Below, piece after piece: positions 8,852-18,771 of a DNA stretch of 64,000 bases. Under the pieces are notes generated by a model. That model had not been told where the DNA came from. It searched no databases and worked only from the letters and a program-made list of their open reading frames with translations. The first letter of the stretch is position 1, and each line of letters starts with the position of its first letter. Source of the stretch: Candidatus Bathyarchaeia archaeon (GTDB lineage: Archaea; Thermoproteota; Bathyarchaeia; Bathyarchaeales; Bathycorpusculaceae); assembly GCA_050015395.1 (NCBI GenBank), contig JBEKBM010000012.1, positions 1 to 64,000 of the forward strand, read 5' to 3'. Made by a program: the position numbers and the translations under genes.

Positions 8852-10624
8852 ATGTCTGCTAAAGATCCTGTTTGTGGAATGCCTTTAGACCCATCTAAAA
8901 CTCAGTTTACCACGAATTTTTTGTCGAGGCAATATTATTTTGACAGCGAGTACTGCATGAGCAGCTTCATCGAAGGCGCCAAAATTGCTTACTTCTCCAT
9001 GGAAATCGGCATAAACACTGACATGCCTACCTACAGCGGAGGACTAGGCGTTCTGGCCGGTGACGTGATTAGATCAAGTGCAGACTTGAGAATTCCGTTA
9101 GTCGCAGTGACCTTAATCAGCAAAAAAGGTTACCTCAAGCAAAAAATAACGCCTGATGGCTGGCAAATTGAATATCCTGAAGAATGGGATCCTTCGAAGT
9201 TCATGAAACTGCTGCCAGAAACTGCCGCCATCAAAATTGCTGGACGAGATGTAAGAATCGGCGTCTGGGTCTATGAGCAAGAGAGCCTAACGGGCGGAAC
9301 CATTCCTGTGCTATTCCTTACAACCGATGTTGAGGGGAACACTCAAGAGGATAGGGAAATTACTGATTTTCTTTATGGTGGCGACGAAAAATACAGATTA
9401 AAGCAGGAAATAGTTTTGGGGATAGGCGGGTTACGCGTCCTTGAGGCGTTAAAAATTAATGTTAAGAAATATCACATGAACGAGGGTCATAGCAGTCTTC
9501 TTACCCTTGAACTGTTAAAGAACAACGATTTGAACGCTGACAAAGTAAAAAACCTCTGTGTCTTCACCACTCATACTCCCGTGGCCGCTGCATTTGACAA
9601 ATTCTCCTACGACATGCTTTCAGAGGTTCTTGAAACCGAAGTGCCTGAGGAAACCTTGAAAGAATTTGGAGGATCTGACAGATTGAACATGACGCTTCTG
9701 GCTCTAAACCTAAGCAAATACACTAATGGTGTGACAGAAGCACATATGGAATACTCCAGGAAACTTTTTCCAGGATATCACATACAAGAAATAACTAACG
9801 GCGTTCACTCCTACACTTGGACTTGCCCCTGCTTTAGAGCGCTATTCGACAAGTATATTCCCCGATGGGCCAATGAACCAGAGCTCCTAGTAAGAGTTGA
9901 CACTATTCCCGATGAGGAGTTATGGGAAGCTCACGTGAAAGCGAAGCAAGATTTACTCGACTTTGTTCACTCTAGTTCGGGGCTCCAGATGGATATCGAC
10001 GCTTTAACGTTAGGCTTTGCCAGAAGAGCCACAGAGTACAAACGAGCAACAATGATCTTTTCAGATCTGGAAAAACTTAAAGAAGTCAAGAGCCAGAACA
10101 AGATTCAACTTATTTTCGCTGGAAAGGCACATCCTAAGGACGAGATGGGAAAAAGCCTCATCAAAGACATTTACGAGTTTATAGACCGCTTGAAAGGCGA
10201 AATCGAAATCGTCTATCTTGAAAATTACAACATGGAAATGGCGGGGAAACTGACTTCTGGAGTTGATGTCTGGCTGAACACGCCCATGCCGCCGTATGAG
10301 GCTTCTGGAACCAGCGGTATGAAGGCGGCGCACAATGGTGTGATCAACTTCAGTGTTTTAGACGGATGGTGGATAGAGGGCTGCGTGGAAGGTCTCACCG
10401 GTTGGGCGATAGGTCCATCCCCTGATCAAGCGATAAGCGAAGAAGAAAGAAGAAAAAGAGAACTAGGGGACCTCTACAACAAACTGGAATACCTCATAAT
10501 TCCAAAATTCTATCAGCAACGTGACGATTGGATTAGCATGATGAGAAACTCTATAGGTAAAGTCGCATATTACTTCAATACGCATCGGATGATGCGAAAG
10601 TACGCCACGGACGCCTATCTCTGA
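8852..10624 (+). CDS. glgP: Alpha-glucan (glycogen/maltodextrin) phosphorylase with N-terminal YHS/TRASH domain
   Basis: AYFSMEIG, YSGGLGVLAGD, MNEGH, FARRATEYKR, EASGTSGMK (PLP lysine); KDPVCGM at N-terminus; GAGGAG RBS before ATG 8852. Confidence 0.93.
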   Translation: MSAKDPVCGMPLDPSKTQFTTNFLSRQYYFDSEYCMSSFIEGAKIAYFSMEIGINTDMPTYSGGLGVLAGDVIRSSADLRIPLVAVTLISKKGYLKQKITPDGWQIEYPEEWDPSKFMKLLPETAAIKIAGRDVRIGVWVYEQESLTGGTIPVLFLTTDVEGNTQEDREITDFLYGGDEKYRLKQEIVLGIGGLRVLEALKINVKKYHMNEGHSSLLTLELLKNNDLNADKVKNLCVFTTHTPVAAAFDKFSYDMLSEVLETEVPEETLKEFGGSDRLNMTLLALNLSKYTNGVTEAHMEYSRKLFPGYHIQEITNGVHSYTWTCPCFRALFDKYIPRWANEPELLVRVDTIPDEELWEAHVKAKQDLLDFVHSSSGLQMDIDALTLGFARRATEYKRATMIFSDLEKLKEVKSQNKIQLIFAGKAHPKDEMGKSLIKDIYEFIDRLKGEIEIVYLENYNMEMAGKLTSGVDVWLNTPMPPYEASGTSGMKAAHNGVINFSVLDGWWIEGCVEGLTGWAIGPSPDQAISEEERRKRELGDLYNKLEYLIIPKFYQQRDDWISMMRNSIGKVAYYFNTHRMMRKYATDAYL

Positions 10625-10745
10625 CATAGCCTTGAAGAATCAAGGGCTCCAATAGCCAAACCGGACGCGAAAAGCAGAATAAAAACCATTTTAACCAATT
10701 TTTGGACAGGCATACACGTTAAAATTGGCCGATCAAAGAAGCCTT

Positions 10746-11246
10746 CTACTTTTTCTGTTTCTTTCTCTTTCGTCTGAGCTTGTTAACAATGTCAGCTTGT
10801 TCGGTAGGGAAGTAGTATGGCACCGTACCATAGGAACTTGGAGAGAGGGCGCGGGCGCGTTTTCTTTTAACTCGCCTCATCGCAACACGTTCTTTGATTT
10901 TCGCTGTCCGTGCGATTGAAATCAACTGATTCAATTTTTCCACGAGTTTTTCAGCATCTTCTGTGCGTTCAAGCGGAATGACAATATTCCGATGATGAGG
11001 GAGGCTTACATTGATTTTTCCAGTCTCGTCCAAATGCACCCAATCTATATCGCTCACGCGAATGTGCAACGGAACAAATACGCCAAGTATCCTGCCGATC
11101 GTTTCTTTCAGAACTGGTTTATTTTCAAGTGCTTCTTCGATTTCATTCTTGAAACTTCCCCTCAAGTCTATTTTGAGTAGATCATTGGTGAGCCTAATTG
11201 TAAAATGGGGATCCTCAACTTCCAAAACCATGAGTGTTCTAGGCAT
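10746..11246 (-). CDS. Hypothetical protein with basic C-terminus
   Basis: 166-aa ORF with AGGT RBS-like site upstream; no family recognised. Confidence 0.6.
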   Translation of the reverse strand: MPRTLMVLEVEDPHFTIRLTNDLLKIDLRGSFKNEIEEALENKPVLKETIGRILGVFVPLHIRVSDIDWVHLDETGKINVSLPHHRNIVIPLERTEDAEKLVEKLNQLISIARTAKIKERVAMRRVKRKRARALSPSSYGTVPYYFPTEQADIVNKLRRKRKKQKK

Positions 11247-11705
11247 TCTCTGACCTACCTATTAAGCATGTTAACAGATGAACATTGAACATTTTATACT
11301 TACCTTCTCATACTGCGGCATCATCGTTAAAAATCGTTAGGAGCGGTCTGAGTTAAGACAAACACAGTGTCGGAAGTACGCGGCTCTTGCCTTGTGTAGC
11401 GGCGTCAATTCACTTAGTATCTTTGCCGATGAGCCATATGATTGCGGATGACAGCGCAAAAAACGATTATCATCACTACCAATATGCTGAAAGCTTCTAT
11501 TCTCAACAGCTTAATCGCGACTAATTCTAGCGCATAGGAATATTAAAGCGTGCAACAGGCCCGTTATTATGCCGCTTAGTTTAGAGGCAGGACGGTTATC
11601 GTAAAAGAAATATTGCCGTTTCAGTGCGGTCACAGGATTTTCAGCTTGATTTATGAGGCTCACTACTTTCAAAAAATAGCACAGCCAGAAAACCCTTGAT
11701 CAAAC

Positions 11706-12395
11706 TTAATAGTATTGCTTCAATGGGTTTCGTGGGTCCGTCGCCAACTTTACGGAAGACGGGACCACAACGTTTTGCCAATCCTTTTCGATTCTGCGCT
11801 CTTCAGCTCCGTCAACATTAACGCTGTGTACGTGAAGAGCATATTCCATCGCTTGATCCTGCGGGTTCTCAAGCTGAAGCATCTGCTTAAGGCTTAAGTG
11901 TTCAAAAACTCGCCTAATCGGGCGCATTGAGTTGCCATGACATGAGATAGCCACATTACCCGGATTCTGTTGAAGCCACCCTTCAAGCTGCACAACAAAG
12001 GGCAAAGTGCGGCTTTCAACCATCTTGAGGCTTTCACCTTCAGGAGGCGCAAAATCGTAACCGCGGTGAACTTTGGCAAACCACTCGGGTTTTTCGGCTA
12101 CAAGCTCCATCTTGCTTTTGCCCTGCAACGTACCATAGCACCGTTCAATCAGGCGGTCATCCATGAAAACAGGAACGTTAAGGTGCGGTTTTAGGACAAT
12201 TTCAAGGGTTCTTTTGGCTCTCAAAAGGTGTGAAGTAAATGCATAATCAATTTTTTCTTGTTCCAGCTGTTTAGCAATCTCCTGCGCCTGCAAAAGTCCT
12301 TTTGAAGTTAAGTCCGGGTCACGCCAGCCTGAGAATATGCCGTTGCTGTTATCGGTAGTCTCAGCGTGTCTAAAGACGAACAGATTGCAGATCAT
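11706..12395 (-). CDS. gpmA: Histidine-phosphatase family phosphoglycerate mutase (2,3-BPG-dependent type)
   Basis: RHAET...FSGWRD, AFTSHLLRA, LIERCYGTLQG, PPEGESL, CHGNSMR; directly downstream of pyk. Confidence 0.8.
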   Translation of the reverse strand: MICNLFVFRHAETTDNSNGIFSGWRDPDLTSKGLLQAQEIAKQLEQEKIDYAFTSHLLRAKRTLEIVLKPHLNVPVFMDDRLIERCYGTLQGKSKMELVAEKPEWFAKVHRGYDFAPPEGESLKMVESRTLPFVVQLEGWLQQNPGNVAISCHGNSMRPIRRVFEHLSLKQMLQLENPQDQAMEYALHVHSVNVDGAEERRIEKDWQNVVVPSSVKLATDPRNPLKQYY

Positions 12396-12404
12396 AAACC
12401 ATTT

Positions 12405-13802
12405 TCACCAAAATGTCGTAAGCGCTGAGGATGCCGCAAATTCTCTTAACTCTTTTATGTTATGTATCTCTATTGAGTTGCTGGCGTGCTCCCTAGCGGT
12501 TCTCACACCCTCGGTGAACAAGACAGTTTCTTCATCATCAACCAGATGCATTTTATGAAGTTGGTTTGCAACTTCGGATATTCGGTCTTTTTCTTCGTTG
12601 TAGTTTACCAGAACTGGGTACACGCCGAATATGAGTTCCAGTTGTTTTTTGACTTTGATTTCAGGAGTGACAGCAATTATCGGCTGTGCAATCTTGAAGC
12701 GAGCTATCATTCGGGCTGTGTAGCCTGACCGCGTCAGAGTGATAACTTTGTGAACGGGCATACTTTGACATATATCCTGGATTGCCCTGCTTACCGTGTC
12801 AGAAATGTTGATAAACGGAGTATCTTCAACGTTGCTTTTAACGGCTTTTTCTGTTTCATTCGCTATGCGAGTCATCATCTCAACGGCTTCAACAGGATAC
12901 TGACCAACCGCTGTTTCTCCAGAAAGCATAACGGCATCTGACCCGTCAAGTATAGCGTTTGCAACATCACTGACTTCAGCCCTGGTTGGACACGGTTGAT
13001 TAATCATCGATTCAAGCATCTCTGTCGCAGTGACAACAAGCTTACCCTTCTGATTGCATAATTTGATAAGGGATTTCTGAACCAAAGGCACTCTTTCAGG
13101 TTCGATTTCAACGCCTAAATCTCCCCTTGCAACCATTAATCCACTAGCGGCTTCTAAAATCTCTTCGACGTTTTGAACCCCCTCAAAGTTTTCAATCTTG
13201 GCGATTATTCCGCCGCCAAAACCATTGGTCTGGGACAAGTTTTTCACGTCTTCTGCATTTCGCGTGAATGAAAGCGCAACGTATTCGACGTCATGCTTTT
13301 TTGCAAAACTTATGATCTCCAAGTCTTTCTCAGGGAAAGTTGGAACTGAAAGATGCTTATTGGGAACGTTAACTCCTTTTCCATCTTCTATGACGCCGCT
13401 GTCCAAGGTCAGAAGCCGAAGTTTTCGATCTTTCTTTTCAACTACGCGCGTTCTAATTTTTCCATTATCGATGTATACTTCGTCATCAACCTCCATTTCG
13501 TCATAGAAATCGTGATTGAAACTGACTTCTTCCCCGTCGAAGCCTACTTCCAAAATGTCTCCTTTAGTGAAGATCTTTCGTTGAGATGCCTTGATTCTAA
13601 TTTCTGGTCCTTTGATGTCAATTATTATGGGGATATCCGCAATTTCCCGTACTGTTTCTATAACCGACTGGTATTGAGCGAGATTTCCATAAGCAGTATT
13701 TATCCTTGCGCCGTTCATGCCAGCTTGGAACATTTTTTCAATCGTTTGCTTTGAAAAGCTTGCGGGACCCACAGTGCATATGATCTTTGTTTTCTTCAAC
13801 AA
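12405..13802 (-). CDS. pyk: Pyruvate kinase
   Basis: KTKIICTVGP, DIKGPEIR, AKIEN, MVARGDLGVE, PTRAEVSDVANA, MLSGETA. Confidence 0.96.
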   Translation of the reverse strand: MLKKTKIICTVGPASFSKQTIEKMFQAGMNGARINTAYGNLAQYQSVIETVREIADIPIIIDIKGPEIRIKASQRKIFTKGDILEVGFDGEEVSFNHDFYDEMEVDDEVYIDNGKIRTRVVEKKDRKLRLLTLDSGVIEDGKGVNVPNKHLSVPTFPEKDLEIISFAKKHDVEYVALSFTRNAEDVKNLSQTNGFGGGIIAKIENFEGVQNVEEILEAASGLMVARGDLGVEIEPERVPLVQKSLIKLCNQKGKLVVTATEMLESMINQPCPTRAEVSDVANAILDGSDAVMLSGETAVGQYPVEAVEMMTRIANETEKAVKSNVEDTPFINISDTVSRAIQDICQSMPVHKVITLTRSGYTARMIARFKIAQPIIAVTPEIKVKKQLELIFGVYPVLVNYNEEKDRISEVANQLHKMHLVDDEETVLFTEGVRTAREHASNSIEIHNIKELREFAASSALTTFW

Positions 13803-14225
13803 AACCTCTCCTCACGCATTCTAAAATATGGCACATTCCAAGTTAAGGTTAACGGTGAGTAATTCAGGGTTGTCCCTGAAAATTTGGTTGTGACTGTTTT
13901 TTTTTGACGAAGAACAATAGCGTAGGCTAACAATTTTAGGACGGTATGTAACGCTGATATCCAACGATAAAATATCCGAATTGAAGTTGTCACAGAAACA
14001 AAGGCGTGCACACGTTCATCCTGTGATGTTTGAATTGGCTAAAAATGGGCAATCACCTTCTTCAATTTGTCCTTTGGACTCGCGGGTTTGAAACCAGAAA
14101 ACTGCTCCGTTTGCGAGTTTTAGAGATATTTAAACTCAAAGGCTCTACCTTTTGGATACAAATTTCAAGCTCTTACCAGGTGCTGATGCACAAGGACTAA
14201 ATAAGACGCCTGTCAAACGAGTATT

Positions 14226-15263
14226 GTGAAAACACTTAGAGATTTTCTGGACTTTGCGGTGTATTCACCGTTTTACATTGTCAAAGCTATTTGGATTCAG
14301 CTTTCGTTGCTGGCATCAATGTTTGTTCTTGGAGCTTTGATCTTCGCCCATTATCAAGGTCTGGATCCATTGACCGCTTTTCTTGCTGCTGTCTCAACGA
14401 TTACCACAATCGGAATCTATGCGCCCAATATTGTTACGATGCCTGTGCTTGAAAAAGTACTTCTAATAGTAGGCATTATAGTTAGCGTAGGGTCAGCAGC
14501 TTCTCTTCTTCAAGCGACGTTTACTGCTGCAATGAAAAGAGAACTACTTACCCAAACTCTCGCAACAAGGAAGATAAACAGAATGAAGAATCACGTAATC
14601 GTAGTAGGCTACAAATTCCTAGGCAAATACGTCGTCGAAGGCTTAAAGTCCATAGGTTCAGAGTTCGTAGTCATAGCAAAAGATAACGATCAACTTGAAA
14701 CGCTCAGAAAAGACGGCGTAGAAGCAGTAGGCGGACCAACTACACATATCTACGAAACCCTGAAAAAAGCTGGCGTAGAGAGAGCTTCTCATTTAATATC
14801 CACTTTCGATGATGATGGAGACAACATGCTTACCATCTTAACCGCAAAAAAGCTTAACAAAAATATTCATGCTGTGTCAATAATTAACGATAAGGAACTA
14901 GTAGAAAGCGCGAAGGCTGCTGGAGCAGATACTGTGGCACCCATTTACGACATAATAGGGCAAATGTTAGCATCTTCGACAATTTCGAGTGAAGTTGCAG
15001 GCATAGTTCTTTCTGAGAAACTCAAATCTAAATATGTTGTTGGATTCGAAATAACTTCTCAAGGCCTAAAATACGGAGACATCGATAAAGGTGACCCAAT
15101 ATTATTAGTTTACAGAAATGATGAAATAATTCATAACTTGACCGCAGACTTTGAACTCCAAAAAGGAGACTTCGTCTATGTACTTGCCGATAACCAATCA
15201 GCGGCATCTTTCAAAAATAGATTGGAATCATTGTCCTCAAGAAACAAGAATACAAAACAATAA
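14226..15263 (+). CDS. Second two-TM RCK-domain ion channel, atypical filter
   Basis: STITTIGIYAP pore region; HVIVVGYKFLG; AGADTV; paralog of 7477-8574. Confidence 0.88.
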   Translation: MKTLRDFLDFAVYSPFYIVKAIWIQLSLLASMFVLGALIFAHYQGLDPLTAFLAAVSTITTIGIYAPNIVTMPVLEKVLLIVGIIVSVGSAASLLQATFTAAMKRELLTQTLATRKINRMKNHVIVVGYKFLGKYVVEGLKSIGSEFVVIAKDNDQLETLRKDGVEAVGGPTTHIYETLKKAGVERASHLISTFDDDGDNMLTILTAKKLNKNIHAVSIINDKELVESAKAAGADTVAPIYDIIGQMLASSTISSEVAGIVLSEKLKSKYVVGFEITSQGLKYGDIDKGDPILLVYRNDEIIHNLTADFELQKGDFVYVLADNQSAASFKNRLESLSSRNKNTKQ

Positions 15264-15328
15264 TCAATATCTTTGACTTAGCCTTGAAATATTAAGGGTT
15301 CTTGGATTTGGGCGAGGCGAACTAAGGT

Positions 15329-17776
15329 ATGGACCAAAACTCTTTAACTACTGAAGAGGCAAAAAAAGCTGATAACGATGAATTACTAAAGAAGCTAGCA
15401 GCAAATCAGAATGGTCTTTCTTCCTCAGAAGCGGAAAAACGACTTCAGCAATACGGTCCTAACGAAATTCAGGAGAAAAAAGTCAACCCGCTACTCAAGT
15501 TTCTTCACTATTTTTGGGGTCCAATTCCATGGATGATTGAAGCCGCAGTAATAATGTCTGCGGTCATCCAACGGTGGCCTGATTTTGCAATAATTTTAAC
15601 TCTACTTATGGTAAACGCCATAGTAGGGTCCTGGCAGGAACGCAAAGCAGGAAACGCTATAGAACTGCTAAAGAAAAGACTAGCCCTAAAAGCGCGGGTC
15701 CTGCGAGATGGCAAATGGCAGGGAATGCCGGCTGAAAAACTCGTGCCAGGCGACATTGTTCGACTGCGCTTAGGAGACATCATCCCCGCCGACGTAAAAC
15801 TAATTGAAGGAGATTACCTTTTAACTGACGAATCCGCACTAACCGGCGAATCTCTTCCAGTAGAGAAACATCTCTCCGACATCGGATACGCATCTTCCAT
15901 CGTCAAACAAGGCGAAATGAACGCACTCGTAGTCAACACCGCCGCAAAAACCTTTTTCGGCAAAACCGCCAAACTCGTAGAGCAAGCCCAAACCCCAAGC
16001 CACTTCCAAAAAGCCATCAGCAAAATAGGCGATTACCTGATTTTCCTAGCGATAGGACTCGTAATAATAATCGTTTTGGTCTCGATTTTTCGCGGTCAAA
16101 ACATCTTAGACATCATTCAGTTTGCATTGATCTTGACGGTTGCGGGAATACCTGCTGCACTTCCCGCGGTTCTGTCAGTCACCATGGCTGTAGGCGCCAT
16201 AGCTCTCGCAAGAAAGGAAGCGATAGTTAGCAAATTAGTTGCAATTGAGGAAATGGCAAGCATGGATGTGCTGTGCTCAGACAAAACTGGCACTATCACC
16301 AAGAATGCGCTCACTATGGGAGGAACCAAACCTTATGCCAAATTCACAGAAAATGACGCCCTATTGTTCAGTGCGCTTGCTTCAAGAGAAGAAGATCAAG
16401 ATCCAATCGACCTAGCAATTTTAACGAAAACCAAGAGCACACCCGCTATTTCTGATAGAATTGAACACATTAAAGTGACCAGTTTTAAGCCCTTCGATCC
16501 AGTCATAAAGAGAACAGAGGCAACAGTGCAAGAAGAAGATGGAAGTCAGTTCAAGGTAACTAAAGGAGCCCCTCAAGCGATTCTGGCATTGATAGAAGAC
16601 AAGAAGTCAATCGACGACAGATTGACGGAGGATGTTAATGAATTCGCTAAGAAAGGGTACCGTGCGCTGGGTGTGGCTCGAACTAACAAGGAGAATAAGT
16701 GGCAATTTGCGGGTTTAATTGGTTTGTTTGATCCACCAAGGGAAGATTCAGCCCAAACAATAAAAACAGCTCAATCAATGGGCGTCAACGTGAAAATGGT
16801 CACTGGTGACCACATAGCTATTGCCAAAGAAATTTCGAGCCAAGTAAACCTTGGAAACAATATTATATTGCCCGCTGCTTTTTTGGACAAGCCTGACAGT
16901 CAGGCTCAACGCGTGGTTGAAGAAGCTGAAGGTTTTGCAGAAGTCTTCCCTGAGCATAAGTACAGAATTGTTGAGCTTCTCCAAGAAAAAGGGCACATTG
17001 TGGGAATGACAGGCGATGGGGTTAATGACGCGCCTGCTTTGAAGAAAGCTAACGCTGGTATTGCTGTTGAGGGCGCTACCGACGCTGCGAAGTCCGCGGC
17101 GGATATAGTTCTGACCAAACCTGGTCTTTCGGTTATTATCGATGCGATTAAGGAGAGCCGCAAGATTTTCCAGCGAATGACGAATTATTGCACGTACCGC
17201 ATCGCTGAAACGATACGTGTGTTGCTTTTCATGACTGCATCAATCGTCATTTTCCAGTTTTTCCCAATTACTGCTCTGATGCTTGTTTTGTTGGCGCTTC
17301 TAAATGACCTACCGATAATGACGATAGCTTATGACAACGTAAAGTACTCTAATAAACCGGAAAAATGGGACATGCGGACTTTGTTGGGAATAGCAACGTT
17401 TCTTGGAATAATCGGGGTATTCTCAAGTTTCGGAATTCTCTACATCGGATTAGTTGTGCTGAAGCTAAACCTACTAGTGCTCCAGTCTTTCATATACCTG
17501 AAGCTTGCAGTGGCGGGAAATATGACTGTGTTTGTCGCGAGGACTAAGGGTCATTTTTGGTCTGTCAAACCTGCAAAGCAGCTTCTTTTTGCATCCATAG
17601 CTGTTCAATTTACCGCTATAATAATTACTGTATACGGTATTCTGCTTCCCGCAATGGGCTGGGGGCTAGCCGCTCTCGTGTGGGGTTATGCGTTTACACT
17701 TTTCTTAATAACTGATTTTGCAAAAGTGCGCCTATACAAGCTACTAGACCACACAGGAATTGTATTCAAAAGGTGA
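15329..17776 (+). CDS. Plasma-membrane proton-efflux P-type ATPase (type IIIA)
   Basis: TGES, GIPAALP, CSDKTGT, KGAPQ, DPPR, FAEVFPEHKY, GDGVNDAP, LND...IAYD. Confidence 0.93.
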   Translation: MDQNSLTTEEAKKADNDELLKKLAANQNGLSSSEAEKRLQQYGPNEIQEKKVNPLLKFLHYFWGPIPWMIEAAVIMSAVIQRWPDFAIILTLLMVNAIVGSWQERKAGNAIELLKKRLALKARVLRDGKWQGMPAEKLVPGDIVRLRLGDIIPADVKLIEGDYLLTDESALTGESLPVEKHLSDIGYASSIVKQGEMNALVVNTAAKTFFGKTAKLVEQAQTPSHFQKAISKIGDYLIFLAIGLVIIIVLVSIFRGQNILDIIQFALILTVAGIPAALPAVLSVTMAVGAIALARKEAIVSKLVAIEEMASMDVLCSDKTGTITKNALTMGGTKPYAKFTENDALLFSALASREEDQDPIDLAILTKTKSTPAISDRIEHIKVTSFKPFDPVIKRTEATVQEEDGSQFKVTKGAPQAILALIEDKKSIDDRLTEDVNEFAKKGYRALGVARTNKENKWQFAGLIGLFDPPREDSAQTIKTAQSMGVNVKMVTGDHIAIAKEISSQVNLGNNIILPAAFLDKPDSQAQRVVEEAEGFAEVFPEHKYRIVELLQEKGHIVGMTGDGVNDAPALKKANAGIAVEGATDAAKSAADIVLTKPGLSVIIDAIKESRKIFQRMTNYCTYRIAETIRVLLFMTASIVIFQFFPITALMLVLLALLNDLPIMTIAYDNVKYSNKPEKWDMRTLLGIATFLGIIGVFSSFGILYIGLVVLKLNLLVLQSFIYLKLAVAGNMTVFVARTKGHFWSVKPAKQLLFASIAVQFTAIIITVYGILLPAMGWGLAALVWGYAFTLFLITDFAKVRLYKLLDHTGIVFKR

Positions 17777-17952
17777 TGCAGCTCATTCCATGCAGACAGC
17801 ACAATAGTGCGTGCCATAGAAGGCGAAAAAAGAAATTTAAAGATTAATTCAGAAGAGAAAACCAATTATGGCCGCCTAAACTCATTTATTCAACTCAGCA
17901 CAACACACTAAAAGTATATATTCAAACAAACTAATAATTACTTGGTGATTTT

Positions 17953-18237
17953 TTGACAAGTGTTAGCGAATTGAATGGAAAGAAGGTTATCGGAGCGGGT
18001 GCTTTCACTCTAGGCGAAGTGGAAGGAGCCGAAGTCGATACCAAGAATTGGCAAATCACGCATCTTCAAGTGAAACTGAATAGTGAAGCAACGGAACAGT
18101 TCAAATTCAAGAAACCTGTGCTAGGTCACGTGGTGGTTCTTCTGCCAGTCACTATAATAAAGGCTGTCGGAGACGTGGTTTCCTTAGGTAATTCTATTGA
18201 AGAATTGAAGAGCATTGTCAGACCCAAGCAAGACTAA
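17953..18237 (+). CDS. PRC-barrel domain protein
   Basis: SELNGKKVIG...LGEVEG.EVD..W.I..L...IKAVGDVVSL. Confidence 0.85.
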   Translation: MTSVSELNGKKVIGAGAFTLGEVEGAEVDTKNWQITHLQVKLNSEATEQFKFKKPVLGHVVVLLPVTIIKAVGDVVSLGNSIEELKSIVRPKQD

Positions 18238-18314
18238 AGCACTGACGGAACCATTTTGACAAGTTACAGCCATCATATATCCGAAGTGTAAATAGAGTTT
18301 TGTGGGAAAAATGC

Positions 18315-18659
18315 ATGAAGATCTCAAAGAGCAAAGCTCTGGAATTGATTGATCAAAAAATAGCCCAGTTCAACGATGTCCTTAATAAAACGAATTACGA
18401 AAATCGTTATGATGAAGCTTATCAGCTTGCTTTTGATGGCGCAGAGACCCTGATAACCCAACTTTTTTCGTCCGATACAGCAGAAGAATTCAAACTTGTT
18501 ACTTCTTCTTTTTTTGCGGGAGGGTTATCGCCTGTGAGAGAGTTGCGAGGGTATAAGGAGCATCTTCGACTCTGCATTGCCCAATTAGAAATATATAAAA
18601 TGCGCATCTCATCTTTTTCGGAAGACGACGTGGCTGAGGAAAAAAAATTAGTGAAATAG
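18315..18659 (+). CDS. Hypothetical helical protein
   Basis: ORF-track 18300-18659; ATG at 18315 is the likelier start; no family recognised. Confidence 0.55.
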   Translation: MKISKSKALELIDQKIAQFNDVLNKTNYENRYDEAYQLAFDGAETLITQLFSSDTAEEFKLVTSSFFAGGLSPVRELRGYKEHLRLCIAQLEIYKMRISSFSEDDVAEEKKLVK

Positions 18660-18771
18660 CATCTGCTTCCTTTAGCCAATATCCTGCCGCGAATCCGCCG
18701 CTTTTTCTCTCTCGAACGTACGCTTCTACTTAAGTAAACTTAAATATTGCAGGAAGAAACAGGTTTTTACA

